Source: Candidatus Latescibacterota bacterium (lineage in GTDB: Bacteria > Latescibacterota > UBA2968 > GCA-2709665). From it: a stretch of DNA of 64,000 nt. The DNA lies in assembly GCA_965248435.1 (NCBI GenBank), contig OZ252100.1, forward strand, positions 1,504,001 to 1,568,000, in the 5' to 3' direction. This document shows, piece after piece, positions 49,798-59,169 of the stretch. The position numbers and the translations under genes are program-made. Below the pieces are notes generated by a model. That model had not been told where the DNA came from. It saw nothing but the letters and a program-made list of their open reading frames with translations, and made no database searches. How positions within the stretch are numbered: position 1 is the first letter of the stretch; every line of letters starts with the position of its first letter.

Positions 49798-50151
49798 TTA
49801 CCCACTCTGATTAACAAGCAATCCGATAATCTTGTCGATGCTCACCTCAGCTTTCAGAAGCTGTTCAGGAGGAATTTGTCGGATCAGGTCACCCGTCTGC
49901 GGATTCTTCACCTGAACCACCATATGGCCGGTGTCCCCGTCAATGGAGATCGCGAGATCGCGGCTGAACGCCTGTATCGCCTTGCTTAGCCGTTCCACCG
50001 TTCGCTCCACCCTCTGGACATCCAGCCTATGCCCCTGGCCGGCGTCTTCGCTTAACTCAAGCACATCCTGTGTCTTGGAGCCTGGGGCAGGATCATCGAC
50101 GCGCGGCCGCTGTAAAGCTCGGCTACCCTGTATGGCGACAATGTTTTCCAT
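49798..50151 (-). CDS. flaG: Flagellar protein FlaG
   Basis: 'L.ISID.DTG..VVQV....TG.LIRQIPPE.LL'. Confidence 0.9.
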   Translation of the reverse strand: MENIVAIQGSRALQRPRVDDPAPGSKTQDVLELSEDAGQGHRLDVQRVERTVERLSKAIQAFSRDLAISIDGDTGHMVVQVKNPQTGDLIRQIPPEQLLKAEVSIDKIIGLLVNQSG

Positions 50152-50272
50152 TTCCCACTACCTCGCTTCAAAACGAGTCTGATAGGCTCGAAGGCTTTTG
50201 CCTGGCGCGGACCGGATGCCCGCGCCGCTCATTAGAATCATCACTCTAGAACTCCCGCCTCGCGCTTCGGAA

Positions 50273-51454
50273 TTATCCGAGCAGCGACAGGGCGTTCTGC
50301 GGCAGCACGTTGGCCTGTGCCAGCAAGGCTGTGCCAGACTGGACCAGGATCTGCGCCCGCGTGAATGCGGAGACTTCGCCCGCGATGTCCGCATCCCTGA
50401 TCGAGGATTCGGACGACGTGATGTTCTCTATCGCGTTCTCGTTTGAGCGGATCGTGAACGAGAGCCGGTTCTGGAAAGCACCCAGGTCACCGCGCTGCTG
50501 CGCCACGCTTGTAATCGCTAGATCGACGGAGGAGATCGAGGACTGTGCCGTGCTCTGGCTCGCAATCGAGCTGCTGCCCAGGTTCAGGACCGCCCCGGAG
50601 GCACTCATATCTCCGATGCTGACTTCGATCCGGTTGACCGCACTGTTGTCAGAACCCACCTGGAACTGACCTCCGACCCCGGCGTTGACGATCAGCTGCG
50701 TCGCGTCCAGATCACTGTCCCGGTAGCCGTCCGTCGCAGGGTTGATCCCCTCGGCCGCCTTCTGTCCACTCAGGGTCAGCTGGATCCCGAGGCGGTCGAA
50801 GTTGGCGATGATGGCACTCCCGGAGGCCACGACCCCGCCAACGGCGTCTGTGTCGAGCGCCGGGCCGATGTCGATCGTCTGGGAGACCACCCCGTTGCCG
50901 AGCGTGATCTCTCTGTCGCCGGCAACATCCTCAAAGGTGTATGTCCCTGCCTGGGCTCCCGAGATCTGAATGCCCACCGCACCTGTAGTAACTGAAGCCA
51001 GGGCCGAGGACGTACCATCCGCGGTATTTCCGAACCCCAGGAGAAGCACCTGGTTGTTATACGACGTGACGTTGGCGATCCGGTCCATTTCGTTCGTCAA
51101 CTGGACGAACTCGGCGTTGAGAGATTCCCGGTTGTCGTCGTTGATCGTCGAGGACGCGGCCTGTACGGACAGTTCCCGCATCCGGATCAGGATCGCGTTG
51201 GTCTCGTTGAGCGCGCCCTCGGCCGTCTGAATCAGGTCGGTGGCTGCCTCGGAGTTCTTTGTTGCCTGTCGCAGACCGACAATCTCGGCCCGCATCCCTT
51301 CAGAAATGCTCAGCCCTGCTGCGTCGTCTGCCGCCCTGTTGATTCGCAACCCGGACGAAAGCCGCTCGATGCGGACCTTCAGATCCCGGTTGTTTATGTT
51401 CAGGAGCCTGCGGACGTTTAAAGCAGGAATGTTGGTATTGACTCGGAGTGGCAT
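50273..51454 (-). CDS. fliC: Flagellin (sigma-28 dependent, intact)
   Basis: 'RVNTNI.AL', 'ERLSSGLRINRAADDAAGL.ISE', 'RG.LGA.QNRL', 'IRDAD.A.E', 'LAQAN..PQ..LSLL'; AAGGAGG SD. Confidence 0.97.
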   Translation of the reverse strand: MPLRVNTNIPALNVRRLLNINNRDLKVRIERLSSGLRINRAADDAAGLSISEGMRAEIVGLRQATKNSEAATDLIQTAEGALNETNAILIRMRELSVQAASSTINDDNRESLNAEFVQLTNEMDRIANVTSYNNQVLLLGFGNTADGTSSALASVTTGAVGIQISGAQAGTYTFEDVAGDREITLGNGVVSQTIDIGPALDTDAVGGVVASGSAIIANFDRLGIQLTLSGQKAAEGINPATDGYRDSDLDATQLIVNAGVGGQFQVGSDNSAVNRIEVSIGDMSASGAVLNLGSSSIASQSTAQSSISSVDLAITSVAQQRGDLGAFQNRLSFTIRSNENAIENITSSESSIRDADIAGEVSAFTRAQILVQSGTALLAQANVLPQNALSLLG

Positions 51455-51500
51455 CTGATAACCTCCTTGTTTGTCTCACCTCGAAACTTGAGACCGTTAC

Positions 51501-51512
51501 GGCATCCTTGCC
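51501..51512 (-). promoter_or_regulatory. Candidate CsrA-binding hairpin in the flagellin leader
   Basis: Minus strand GGCA-AGGA-TGCC, GGA in the loop, upstream of a GGA-containing SD. Confidence 0.55.
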
Positions 51513-51658
51513 CTTAGTTGAAGCCTGAGATAGGTTCAACTTCGATTGGTCAGGAACTGTATAAACACCAACAGCCGTCGATTGGCTTAATCGTTACCCA
51601 TGCCCGAAACGCCTCACCTCCTTGCTCTGGCGCATCTATATGGTTGCCTTTTGTCTAC

Positions 51659-51686
51659 TTATCGGCAAAGCCAGAAACAGTCTTTA
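51659..51686 (-). promoter_or_regulatory. sigma-28 (FliA/SigD) promoter of fliC
   Basis: Minus strand TAAAG-N15-GCCGATAA. Confidence 0.85.
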
Positions 51687-51965
51687 ACCTTTTTTGACTG
51701 TGGAGGCGCAAACATCGGGTAACGTGCCAACCTCGGCAGCTGTCCTGCCAAAAGAGCCACTCCGATGGAATTCCGCTCAAACGTCCAGTGGCATCCTCCT
51801 TTACATTATTGAATGATCAATGGTTCAATTACGATCTTCGAACGGGTTCACAGCCTGGTGGAAGTTGGAGGTTATCAGATGCCGTCTGAATTTTTGTCCT
51901 GGCTTCCAACAGGATGCGTTACCATTCTGAATAACTTATTAAGACTTCGTATAACGTTGTATAAA

Positions 51966-52151
51966 CTATATCGCCCGATTCAAGATCTGCTTGAGCCCTT
52001 TTTTACCCGCTGAGCTCGAATCTTTGCCTTGATACCTGCCACGGGGGCCCCGCCTCACATTCCGGTATCCTGCAAGGAGGATTTCCTTGAGATCGCGCTT
52101 CCTCTCAGTCCCGGATCCCTGCGTTCCGGTGCCGTTTTGACCTGGGTCCAT
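51966..52151 (-). CDS. Small basic hypothetical protein (61 aa)
   Basis: Strong SD GGAGGTGA 4 nt before ATG, starting 27 nt after the second flagellin stop. Confidence 0.5.
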   Translation of the reverse strand: MDPGQNGTGTQGSGTERKRDLKEILLAGYRNVRRGPRGRYQGKDSSSAGKKGLKQILNRAI

Positions 52152-52178
52152 CGACTCACCTCCAAAGATCGCGATCGC

Positions 52179-53323
52179 CTACTGCAGCAGTGACAATGCC
52201 GTCTGCGGGATCGCGTTGGCCTGTGCCAGCACCGCCGTGGCGGCCTGAGTCAGGATCTGTGCCCGGGTGAATTCAGAGACCTCCTTCGCCACGTCCGCGT
52301 CGCGGATCGATGACTCAGAGGCCTGGATATTCTCAATTGCGTTGTTGGCGGACGCCACGGTAAAGGCGAGCCGGTTCTGGATGGCCCCGATGTCCGCACG
52401 CTCAGACGCCACCCTGGAGATCGCCAGATCCAGGAAGGGAATCGACTCCCGGGCGCTCGTCAGGGTCGAGATGGACGTTACAGTCAAATTCAGCTCCTTG
52501 CCGCTTGCGCGCATATCATCCAGGCCGAATTCGATACGATCCACGACCTTGTTGTCCGGTCCCACCTGGAAAGAACCCCCTGTCCCCCCCCAACCACGAG
52601 CGTCGCCCCGTCCAGGTCCCCATCCGTGTACCGATCGTCGAGCGTCAAAAGGAGGCCCACCCGGTCGAAATTCGCCACGGCGGTCGTGCCTGTGGCCACG
52701 ACCCCTCCCGAATCCAGAATCGTCCCGATATCGATCGTCTGGGTCGTGATGCCGTTTCCCAACGTGATCTGATTGTCTGTGGGGTCCGCGTCTATGAACC
52801 TGTAGGTCCCGCTGATCGAACCGGACAGCGTCACATCCTGCACGCCCGTCGTCGCACTCTGCGTGATGGCTGTGGACGCATCTCGGTCGACCGTGTTCCC
52901 GAACCCGGTCAGTAGAACCGTGTTGTTATAGGAGGTCGAGAGCGCGACCCGGTCGATCTCGGCCATAAGCTGCAAATATTCGGCCTGAAGATTGGACCGA
53001 TTGCTGTCGTTCACGGTCGAGGAAGCGGCTTGAACCGCGAGCTCCCGCATCCGGATCATCATCGCACTCGTCTGGTTGAGCGCCCCCTCAGCGGTCTGGG
53101 AGAGGTTGGTCGCCTGCTCCGCATTCCTGACCGCCTGGGTCAACCCGCCGATCTCGGCCCGCATTCCCTCGCTGATCGCCAGCCCGGCGGCGTCGTCTGC
53201 CGCGCGGTTGATGCGAAGCCCGGACGCCAGGCGCTCGATTCGAGTCGCCAGCGTTCGGCTGTTCACGCCCAGGGCCCGGCGCGCGGTGAGTGCGGTGATA
53301 TTGTTGTTTACACGAAGTGGCAT
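52179..53323 (-). pseudogene. Second flagellin, frameshifted at a G8 tract (phase-variable or sequence error); 381 aa if G9
   Basis: N-terminal flagellin ORF 53323-52490 and C-terminal ORF 52565-52179 lie in different frames; one extra G in the run at 52584-52591 gives LVVGGGTGGSFQVGPDN, matching 'NAGVGGQFQVGSDN' of fliC. Confidence 0.9.
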
Positions 53324-53411
53324 CGAGGTTCCTCCTTGAATGGGTTTCCGCCACGTTTGCCCGGTGCGATATCCTTATCAATCCGGATGGAGTGGCTCCG
53401 GTATGGAAAGG

Positions 53412-53427
53412 AGCAACGAATATGCCA
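53412..53427 (-). promoter_or_regulatory. sigma-54 (-24/-12) promoter of the second flagellin
   Basis: Minus strand TGGCAT-ATTCG-TTGCT (GG-N10-GC). Confidence 0.7.
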
Positions 53428-53600
53428 CGCAGAGGTGCTCGAGCGCCTTCCTGCGCATAAACACATATTTAACTGGTACTTATATCTAGTATCCGATCTC
53501 GATTTTTCCCGGAGAATCGGGAATAACCCACTCGCGAGACCAGGCTCGTGAAAATTTTTCCCACCCCGCGATGGAACTGCCGACTGCCAAAATAATCTGC

Positions 53601-53627
53601 GTAGAGACGCCCCGGTGGGGCGTCTCC
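53601..53627. repeat. GTAGAGACG-type REP-like palindrome
   Basis: gtagagacgccccggtggggcgtctcc. Confidence 0.75.
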
Positions 53628-53640
53628 CCGACCGGGCACG

Positions 53641-53674
53641 AAAAAACGCCGCCAGAAACCAGATCTGACGGCGT
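53641..53674 (-). terminator. Probable Rho-independent terminator
   Basis: A6 then cgccgccaga..tctgacggcg stem, downstream of the FGE-family gene. Confidence 0.55.
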
Positions 53675-53702
53675 CGCATTCTAACCACGAATCACTTCTA
53701 CG

Positions 53703-54449
53703 TTACGGCCCCTCTCTCAGCAGTCTGAAACCGATGCAGTGAAAGCGTCGGCCGGGCGCATAGCCGTACCTGAAAGCCGACCGAACGGCCCTGCTCAGGC
53801 TCGAGAATCCACTTCCCCTTAGCACGCGAATCGTTCCCTTTTCCGGACCCTGGGGATCGGTCTGAGGTTCGGCGGGATAATCACCGTGCAAATCCAACAC
53901 CCACTCCCAGACATTCCCGTGCATGTCGTGGATTCCGAGCGGGTTGGGGGACTTGGTCCCGACCGGGTGAGCATACCGCTCACCTGCCTCCCACGCATTG
54001 CCTCGATACCACGCATAATCACCCGCATCACCCTCTTCCTCCCCGAATGACCAGGGCGTGGTCGTACCTGCCCGGCAGGCATACTCCCATTCTGCCTCTG
54101 TGGGCAGCCTGTAGGGCGCCGCCCCCTCATCGACGTTCAACCGCTCCACGAACGCCTGCGCATCTTCCCAGGATACGAAGACCGCGGGATGAGCAGGGTT
54201 TTCAAGGACATACTCCTGATTTTCCCAGGGCCGAGAACTCATTAACGCCGCCCAGACCGCCCGCGTAACCGTGTACTTTCCCAGGTAAAACCCTCGCGTG
54301 ATCGTGACCTCGTGTTGTGGACCCTCGTCGTCCCACCTTCCAGCCTCAGACTCTGGGGACCCCATCATAAAGGTCCCCGGTTCGATCCACACCATCTCCA
54401 GCTCTACACCCTCCGGAACGGCGAAGGTCTTGTCTGTATCTACTGACAC
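53703..54449 (-). CDS. Formylglycine-generating enzyme (SUMF1/FGE-sulfatase) family protein
   Basis: 'F.MGS', 'EGPQHEV', 'YRLPTEAEWEYACRAG', 'PN.LG.HDMHGNVWEW', 'GFRL'. Confidence 0.9.
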   Translation of the reverse strand: MSVDTDKTFAVPEGVELEMVWIEPGTFMMGSPESEAGRWDDEGPQHEVTITRGFYLGKYTVTRAVWAALMSSRPWENQEYVLENPAHPAVFVSWEDAQAFVERLNVDEGAAPYRLPTEAEWEYACRAGTTTPWSFGEEEGDAGDYAWYRGNAWEAGERYAHPVGTKSPNPLGIHDMHGNVWEWVLDLHGDYPAEPQTDPQGPEKGTIRVLRGSGFSSLSRAVRSAFRYGYAPGRRFHCIGFRLLREGP

Positions 54450-54572
54450 GATTCATACCTCCAGGAAACAGCTTCCGAATCAACTGCCGGCTTTCGACCA
54501 AACGATAAGGTCTGGACCCAGAACGCGCAAACGGTTTTACAATTAGCGGCATCCCGCGTTGTCGGCACGAAC

Positions 54573-54605
54573 AAAAAGAAAGGGGAGCCGAATGCTCGGC
54601 TCCCC
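54573..54605 (-). terminator. Rho-independent terminator of the glycosylation operon
   Basis: ggggagccga-atgc-tcggctcccc with adjacent A-rich tract. Confidence 0.7.
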
Positions 54606-54628
54606 CTGTCCTGAACAAGAAAACGAAT

Positions 54629-55552
54629 TCAACTATACGGCAGTACGCTCGAAAAATGCCTCTCTACGATAGGTTCCAGAATCTCCTCCCTCCAGGGCAG
54701 AATGTCGTAAATCTCCCCGCCACCCTCGATGATCCGCTTCTCGACCCGCCCCGACGCCTCTTCAAGGAAGTAGATCTCCATCGTGTCCGAAAGGACTTCA
54801 CCGTGCCGCGTCGAACTCCCGCCCAGGTACCAACCCCCGTCTGCGTGGCAGGCCCCCCTCAGGAAATGGTCCTCAGTCACCCGATATTGGGCTTTCTCCC
54901 TCAGTAGACTGTCCCCGTTGAATTCGCAGACGTGAAAAATTCCAGTGGCCGAAGAGCAGAGGTAGAGGTCAGGCTCGATGTACTTGAGGGAATGGGGGTG
55001 ATTGAAGCCGCAGCCGACGACCCTCCCTTCGCCGTGGCCTTCACTCCCAGTCACGTTCAGCACGAGCCCGTATCCCCCGCTGCACCAGTCCTCCCAGGAT
55101 GTCTGCTCCCTCGCCTCCCGCCAGGGCCGGTAGTCGAAACAGGAGCCCAGAATACCGTGAGGCGTCACGGCGAAATCGTTCAAGTGAATCGCATCTTGAA
55201 GGCCGTCTCCCCAGGACCGAATCGGCTCGTAGGTTTTTTCGATTTCCCCGTTCCTGTTGAGAACAACCACTCGGGAGTTGCCGGTATCGACCACCCCCAC
55301 GGACAGCTCGTCGATCACGTGGACACTGTGCGCAAGCGCCTCGTGTCTGCCCTTGAGTTCAGTCCGTACGTATCGGTCAGGCATCACACGGGTGACAAAA
55401 CTGTCTCCCGAAAGCAGGAGGTCGTTTCCGTGATAACCCGCCCCGCATACCCGGATCAGTTTCTGCGGGCAGGTCCAAAAAATCTCGCCCTTGTCCCAAT
55501 CGTAACCGACCAATGAGAGGTTCGTATTCACGCAAGCCAGCAGGAGCTTCAT
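54629..55552 (-). CDS. Hypothetical protein, probable beta-propeller
   Basis: Short beta-strand repeats with His motifs ('AHSVH', 'HLND', 'HPHS', 'FLRG'); GGGAGG SD. Confidence 0.6.
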   Translation of the reverse strand: MKLLLACVNTNLSLVGYDWDKGEIFWTCPQKLIRVCGAGYHGNDLLLSGDSFVTRVMPDRYVRTELKGRHEALAHSVHVIDELSVGVVDTGNSRVVVLNRNGEIEKTYEPIRSWGDGLQDAIHLNDFAVTPHGILGSCFDYRPWREAREQTSWEDWCSGGYGLVLNVTGSEGHGEGRVVGCGFNHPHSLKYIEPDLYLCSSATGIFHVCEFNGDSLLREKAQYRVTEDHFLRGACHADGGWYLGGSSTRHGEVLSDTMEIYFLEEASGRVEKRIIEGGGEIYDILPWREEILEPIVERHFSSVLPYS

Positions 55553-55569
55553 GTCTCGAAAATCCTCCC

Positions 55570-58500
55570 TTATATCTTGCTGTCGTGGAGGCCACCGTCA
55601 AGCACTGTGACCTGTTCAGAACACAGGCGCGCCGCCTCCGGAACGCCCATCTTTTCGTAACACGCCCCAAGCCTGCGAAAGAATTCGGGGTCTGTGGGAA
55701 ACCTCTGGATGAGATTTTCATAGATCGACACGGCCTTGCCCGCCTCGCCGATCGACTGATAGACTTCCCCGAGTTGCAGAGAGATCGCGACAGAATCCCC
55801 ATCAAGCAAATACGCCGCCTCGAACGCCAGTCTGGAACACATCAGATGCTGCTTCTGAATCAGCATCCGTCCCGCTTCTCCGAGCAGCTGGGCCATCTCT
55901 CCAGATTCTAGGTGTGAGGGCAGATCTACATCCAGGGCCTCTCCATATACTGACCCCACGACTTCGCTCACGAGGTTCTGCACCCTTTCGAGCCTGCCAG
56001 ACGCCAGGTCCGCCACGCACTGCCCCAAGTCCACGTCCAGCAGCCCTCGCTTCTTTTCCCGAACCCGGGCGAACATCTCAGAGGCTTCTTCATAGCGCCC
56101 CTGATCTAGAAACAGATGTCCCAGATTGGCCTGGGGTTCGTAAGAGGCCTCGCTCCGTTCATCCGCCTTCCCGTAAAACTCCTCGGCTGCATCCAGGTTC
56201 CTCCGACGTTTTGCAATGAATCCGAGGTTCAGATAAGGTTCCGGCATGTCGGGATCGGCTTCCAGTGCCTCGTGAAACCAACGTTCAGCCGTCGTTTCAT
56301 CACCGTCTTCAAGGTAAAACGTGCCCCGGTTGAACCGGTGTTTCGGGTCGTCGGGGTCGCGCTGAAGCGCCTCCTCCAATGCCTGTATCGCTTTTTCCCG
56401 TAAACCCATCTTCCTGTAGACCGTGGACAGGGCGCCGAGTGCGCCGCTTCGAACGGTATCGATCTCGGATGCCTCTCGATACGCCTCTGCAGCCTCGTGG
56501 AGCCGCCCTTTTATTACAAGGTTCTGACCTGTGAAAAATCGGATCGAGTACTTCACGGCCCGAGGATCTTTTGAAGCAAAAGTGACCTGGTCCTCGAACG
56601 CCTGTGCCCGGCCCAGCGCCTCGAGCGCCTTCTCCGTTTCACCCATCTGCGTGTGGCATTCGCCGAGGGTCAGATTCGTCGTCGCATACTCGTCATCCAG
56701 AGTCTGGGCCTTCAGCAGGTGGGGAAGCGCCTTGCCGTACTCCATTTTTCTCATCCAGCACCGCCCCAGGAAGAGATAGGCTGTCGTCTCGATCACCAGG
56801 TTTCGGTCCTCGTGACATTTCCCATCGCTCAGGATCCGCTCATAACCTGCGATCGCCCGATCGAAGTCCCCCCATATGTAATACGTCATCGCCACGTGCG
56901 ATCGCACGATATAGTCGTCGGGGTGTGATTCGACCCAGTTCTCCATGATCCTGAGGTAGCGCTCCTGCTTCTCCCTGACGACCTCCGGCGTCGTGTAACC
57001 GGTATGTACGACCTGGATGTCAGTCGCCTCACACTTGATGTTCAACCTGGAAAGGGAGGGCGTCACCTGTTCGTGAACGGGCATCGTAAAAGCGACACCG
57101 GGCAGGTTCGGAAACAGACGCAGCTGCAGGCAGCTGATAGGCTCATACCCTCGGCTGTCCAGCACGAAATAATAGGCCTTGTCCCTGCCCTTTTTCATCA
57201 AAGCACGGATTTTCTGATGGGCCTCCGCAGGCAACAGGTCATCCGCATCCAGCCAGAGGATCCAGTCTCCGGTGGCCAGTGGGAGCGAAACGTTCCGTGC
57301 GGCCGACCAATCGTCGCACCATTCGAAATGCCCGATCTTTGCCCCGTATCTCCGTGCGACCTCCTCCGTCCCGTCGCTGGAGCCTGTATCCACGACAACG
57401 ATCTCGTCAACGAGTCCCTTCACGCTCTCCAGACAGTTCCCCAGCCGATGCGCTTCGTTGCGCGCGATCATGCAGAGGGTCAGCCTCTCTTTCTGGCCGC
57501 CCGAATCCCGGACCTTTTCCGCTCCGGTCCCGAGCCGTTTGACCCGCGACAGGTTCTCTCGAATCGTCTGCTCTCCCGGCGCGAGATCGTGTGCGCGCTG
57601 GTAGTATCCTTCGGCAGCTTCCAGATCCCTGCTCCGCTGCTTAAGTGTCCCTAAATTGTTCATCGCCTCATAGCAGGCAGGGTTCTGCTCCAAAGCCCTA
57701 TGATAGGCCGCCTCTTCGGTTTCACGATCGCCCAGCTTTCCCAGGATTTCTCCCTGAACCAGATAGACAAACTCGCCCTTCAGATAGGGTCCGGACGAAC
57801 CAGGCCGCGCCTCCAGCAGCGTCGCGCACCGGTCGATTGCCGTCCGCGCACCCTCGAAGTCACACGAATCGCGCAGCGCCAGCGCGAGCTCGTAATAGGC
57901 CTGGGGATCATCCGGCGCTTCCTCCGCCTTTTGTCGTGCCGCCGCCGCATACATGCCTGGCGATCGCTCCTTCTCGGCCGCTCCGTAGTGATGAATCGGA
58001 ACGGAACAGTCCTCGATCTGTCCACCGATCGCTTCGATGCTTCCCTCGACGAGTTCGTGCACCCTCCCCTGAAACCGGATTCGCGGGTCGTTCCGAAACA
58101 GCCTGACCTTCGTCGTCGGGTACCAGCCAGGGTGTCTCTTCTCTTCGGCATAATCACCCTTGCAGGCCTGCCACCCGACCCGGTTCGGCGCCTCGGCGTA
58201 GTTTCGCGTCGTCATTCGAAGTCCCGCGGCATCACTGTTTACGGCTGCATCTCGAATCCGCGCCCGGTCCTTTCCGGTCAGTGTTTCGTCGCAGTCGATG
58301 ACAAAGATCCAATCCCCTTTTGCTTCTCCCAACGTGGTGTTTCGCGCCTTGGAAAAATCTCCGTCCCACGGAACGTCCAGAACACGCGCCCCAGCCTTTC
58401 TGGCGACAGCCTTCGTGCCGTCTGACGATCCGGTGTCGCCGACGATGACCTCATCGGCCAGGCCCCGAACGGACTCGAGGCACGTCTCCAGGAATTTTTC

Positions 58501-58605
58501 CTCGTCCCTGGCGATCATGCACACCGAAATCGTGGGCTGTTCAGTCTCGTCCGTCATACGCTGGCGAGTCTTTTTCTGTCTCTGGGAGTGATTTTTCTGT
58601 TTCAT
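55570..58605 (-). CDS. Double GT2 glycosyltransferase with TPR repeats (flagellin glycosyltransferase-like)
   Basis: Two copies of 'CMIAR.E...L..CLESV.GL.DE..V.DTGSSDGT...ARN..L..A.GDWI..(I/L)D.D'; many TPRs. Confidence 0.88.
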   Translation of the reverse strand: MKQKNHSQRQKKTRQRMTDETEQPTISVCMIARDEEKFLETCLESVRGLADEVIVGDTGSSDGTKAVARKAGARVLDVPWDGDFSKARNTTLGEAKGDWIFVIDCDETLTGKDRARIRDAAVNSDAAGLRMTTRNYAEAPNRVGWQACKGDYAEEKRHPGWYPTTKVRLFRNDPRIRFQGRVHELVEGSIEAIGGQIEDCSVPIHHYGAAEKERSPGMYAAAARQKAEEAPDDPQAYYELALALRDSCDFEGARTAIDRCATLLEARPGSSGPYLKGEFVYLVQGEILGKLGDRETEEAAYHRALEQNPACYEAMNNLGTLKQRSRDLEAAEGYYQRAHDLAPGEQTIRENLSRVKRLGTGAEKVRDSGGQKERLTLCMIARNEAHRLGNCLESVKGLVDEIVVVDTGSSDGTEEVARRYGAKIGHFEWCDDWSAARNVSLPLATGDWILWLDADDLLPAEAHQKIRALMKKGRDKAYYFVLDSRGYEPISCLQLRLFPNLPGVAFTMPVHEQVTPSLSRLNIKCEATDIQVVHTGYTTPEVVREKQERYLRIMENWVESHPDDYIVRSHVAMTYYIWGDFDRAIAGYERILSDGKCHEDRNLVIETTAYLFLGRCWMRKMEYGKALPHLLKAQTLDDEYATTNLTLGECHTQMGETEKALEALGRAQAFEDQVTFASKDPRAVKYSIRFFTGQNLVIKGRLHEAAEAYREASEIDTVRSGALGALSTVYRKMGLREKAIQALEEALQRDPDDPKHRFNRGTFYLEDGDETTAERWFHEALEADPDMPEPYLNLGFIAKRRRNLDAAEEFYGKADERSEASYEPQANLGHLFLDQGRYEEASEMFARVREKKRGLLDVDLGQCVADLASGRLERVQNLVSEVVGSVYGEALDVDLPSHLESGEMAQLLGEAGRMLIQKQHLMCSRLAFEAAYLLDGDSVAISLQLGEVYQSIGEAGKAVSIYENLIQRFPTDPEFFRRLGACYEKMGVPEAARLCSEQVTVLDGGLHDSKI

Positions 58606-58617
58606 CTCGACAGTTGT

Positions 58618-59169
58618 CTACTCCTCTACCTTTTCTTCAGGATTGATCATAGCCATAACCGCGACGTCGATGAACCTGTCCACCACCCAGAGGGCGTCTC
58701 TTAATACACCCTCCTTCTCGAAGCCCACCTTCTCGAGACAGCGAACCATACGGGTATTCGATCGGAACGGGGCTGAAATCACCCTGTGCATTCCCGCGCT
58801 CTTGAACGCATACTCCGTCATCAGGCCAATGGCTTCTCTTCCAAAACCGCGGTTCCAGCAGGTCTTTTCTCCGATCGTGATATGGAGATCGCATCCTCTG
58901 TGAATGGGATCGATGTTTCTGAGCATCCCGACCCCGATCGGATTCCCATCCGCATCCAGAAGGCCAAACACCTCAGACTGCGGACTGTTCAAATCAGACT
59001 CGATCATCTCCCTGAATTGAGCCTCAGTAAGGGGGCTCGGATCGTCGGAAGTCAAAGCGGCAATCTCGGGGTCGTTGTACCATCTAAGGCCCACATCCCA
59101 GAACGGGCCCTCGAACGGACACAGGCTCACCTTCTCGCCTTTGACGCGGTTCCCGTTTGACACAGTCAC
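58618..59169 (-). CDS. GNAT N-acetyltransferase (RimJ/RimL/PseH-like)
   Basis: 'IGEK..W.RGFG.EA', 'N.R....LEKVGF..EG.LR'; GTGA overlap with upstream stop. Confidence 0.85.
   Translation of the reverse strand: MTVSNGNRVKGEKVSLCPFEGPFWDVGLRWYNDPEIAALTSDDPSPLTEAQFREMIESDLNSPQSEVFGLLDADGNPIGVGMLRNIDPIHRGCDLHITIGEKTCWNRGFGREAIGLMTEYAFKSAGMHRVISAPFRSNTRMVRCLEKVGFEKEGVLRDALWVVDRFIDVAVMAMINPEEKVEE

Noticed and set aside
51736-51750. GG-N10-GC sigma-54-like motif upstream of fliC
   Set aside because: The -12 element is CTGC rather than TTGC, and a consensus sigma-28 promoter already explains transcription
51777-51802. AAAGGAGG-ATG CCA CTG GAC GTT TGA (MPLDV) echoing the flagellin starts (MPLRV)
   Set aside because: Zero SD-ATG spacing and only five codons; cannot be distinguished from chance
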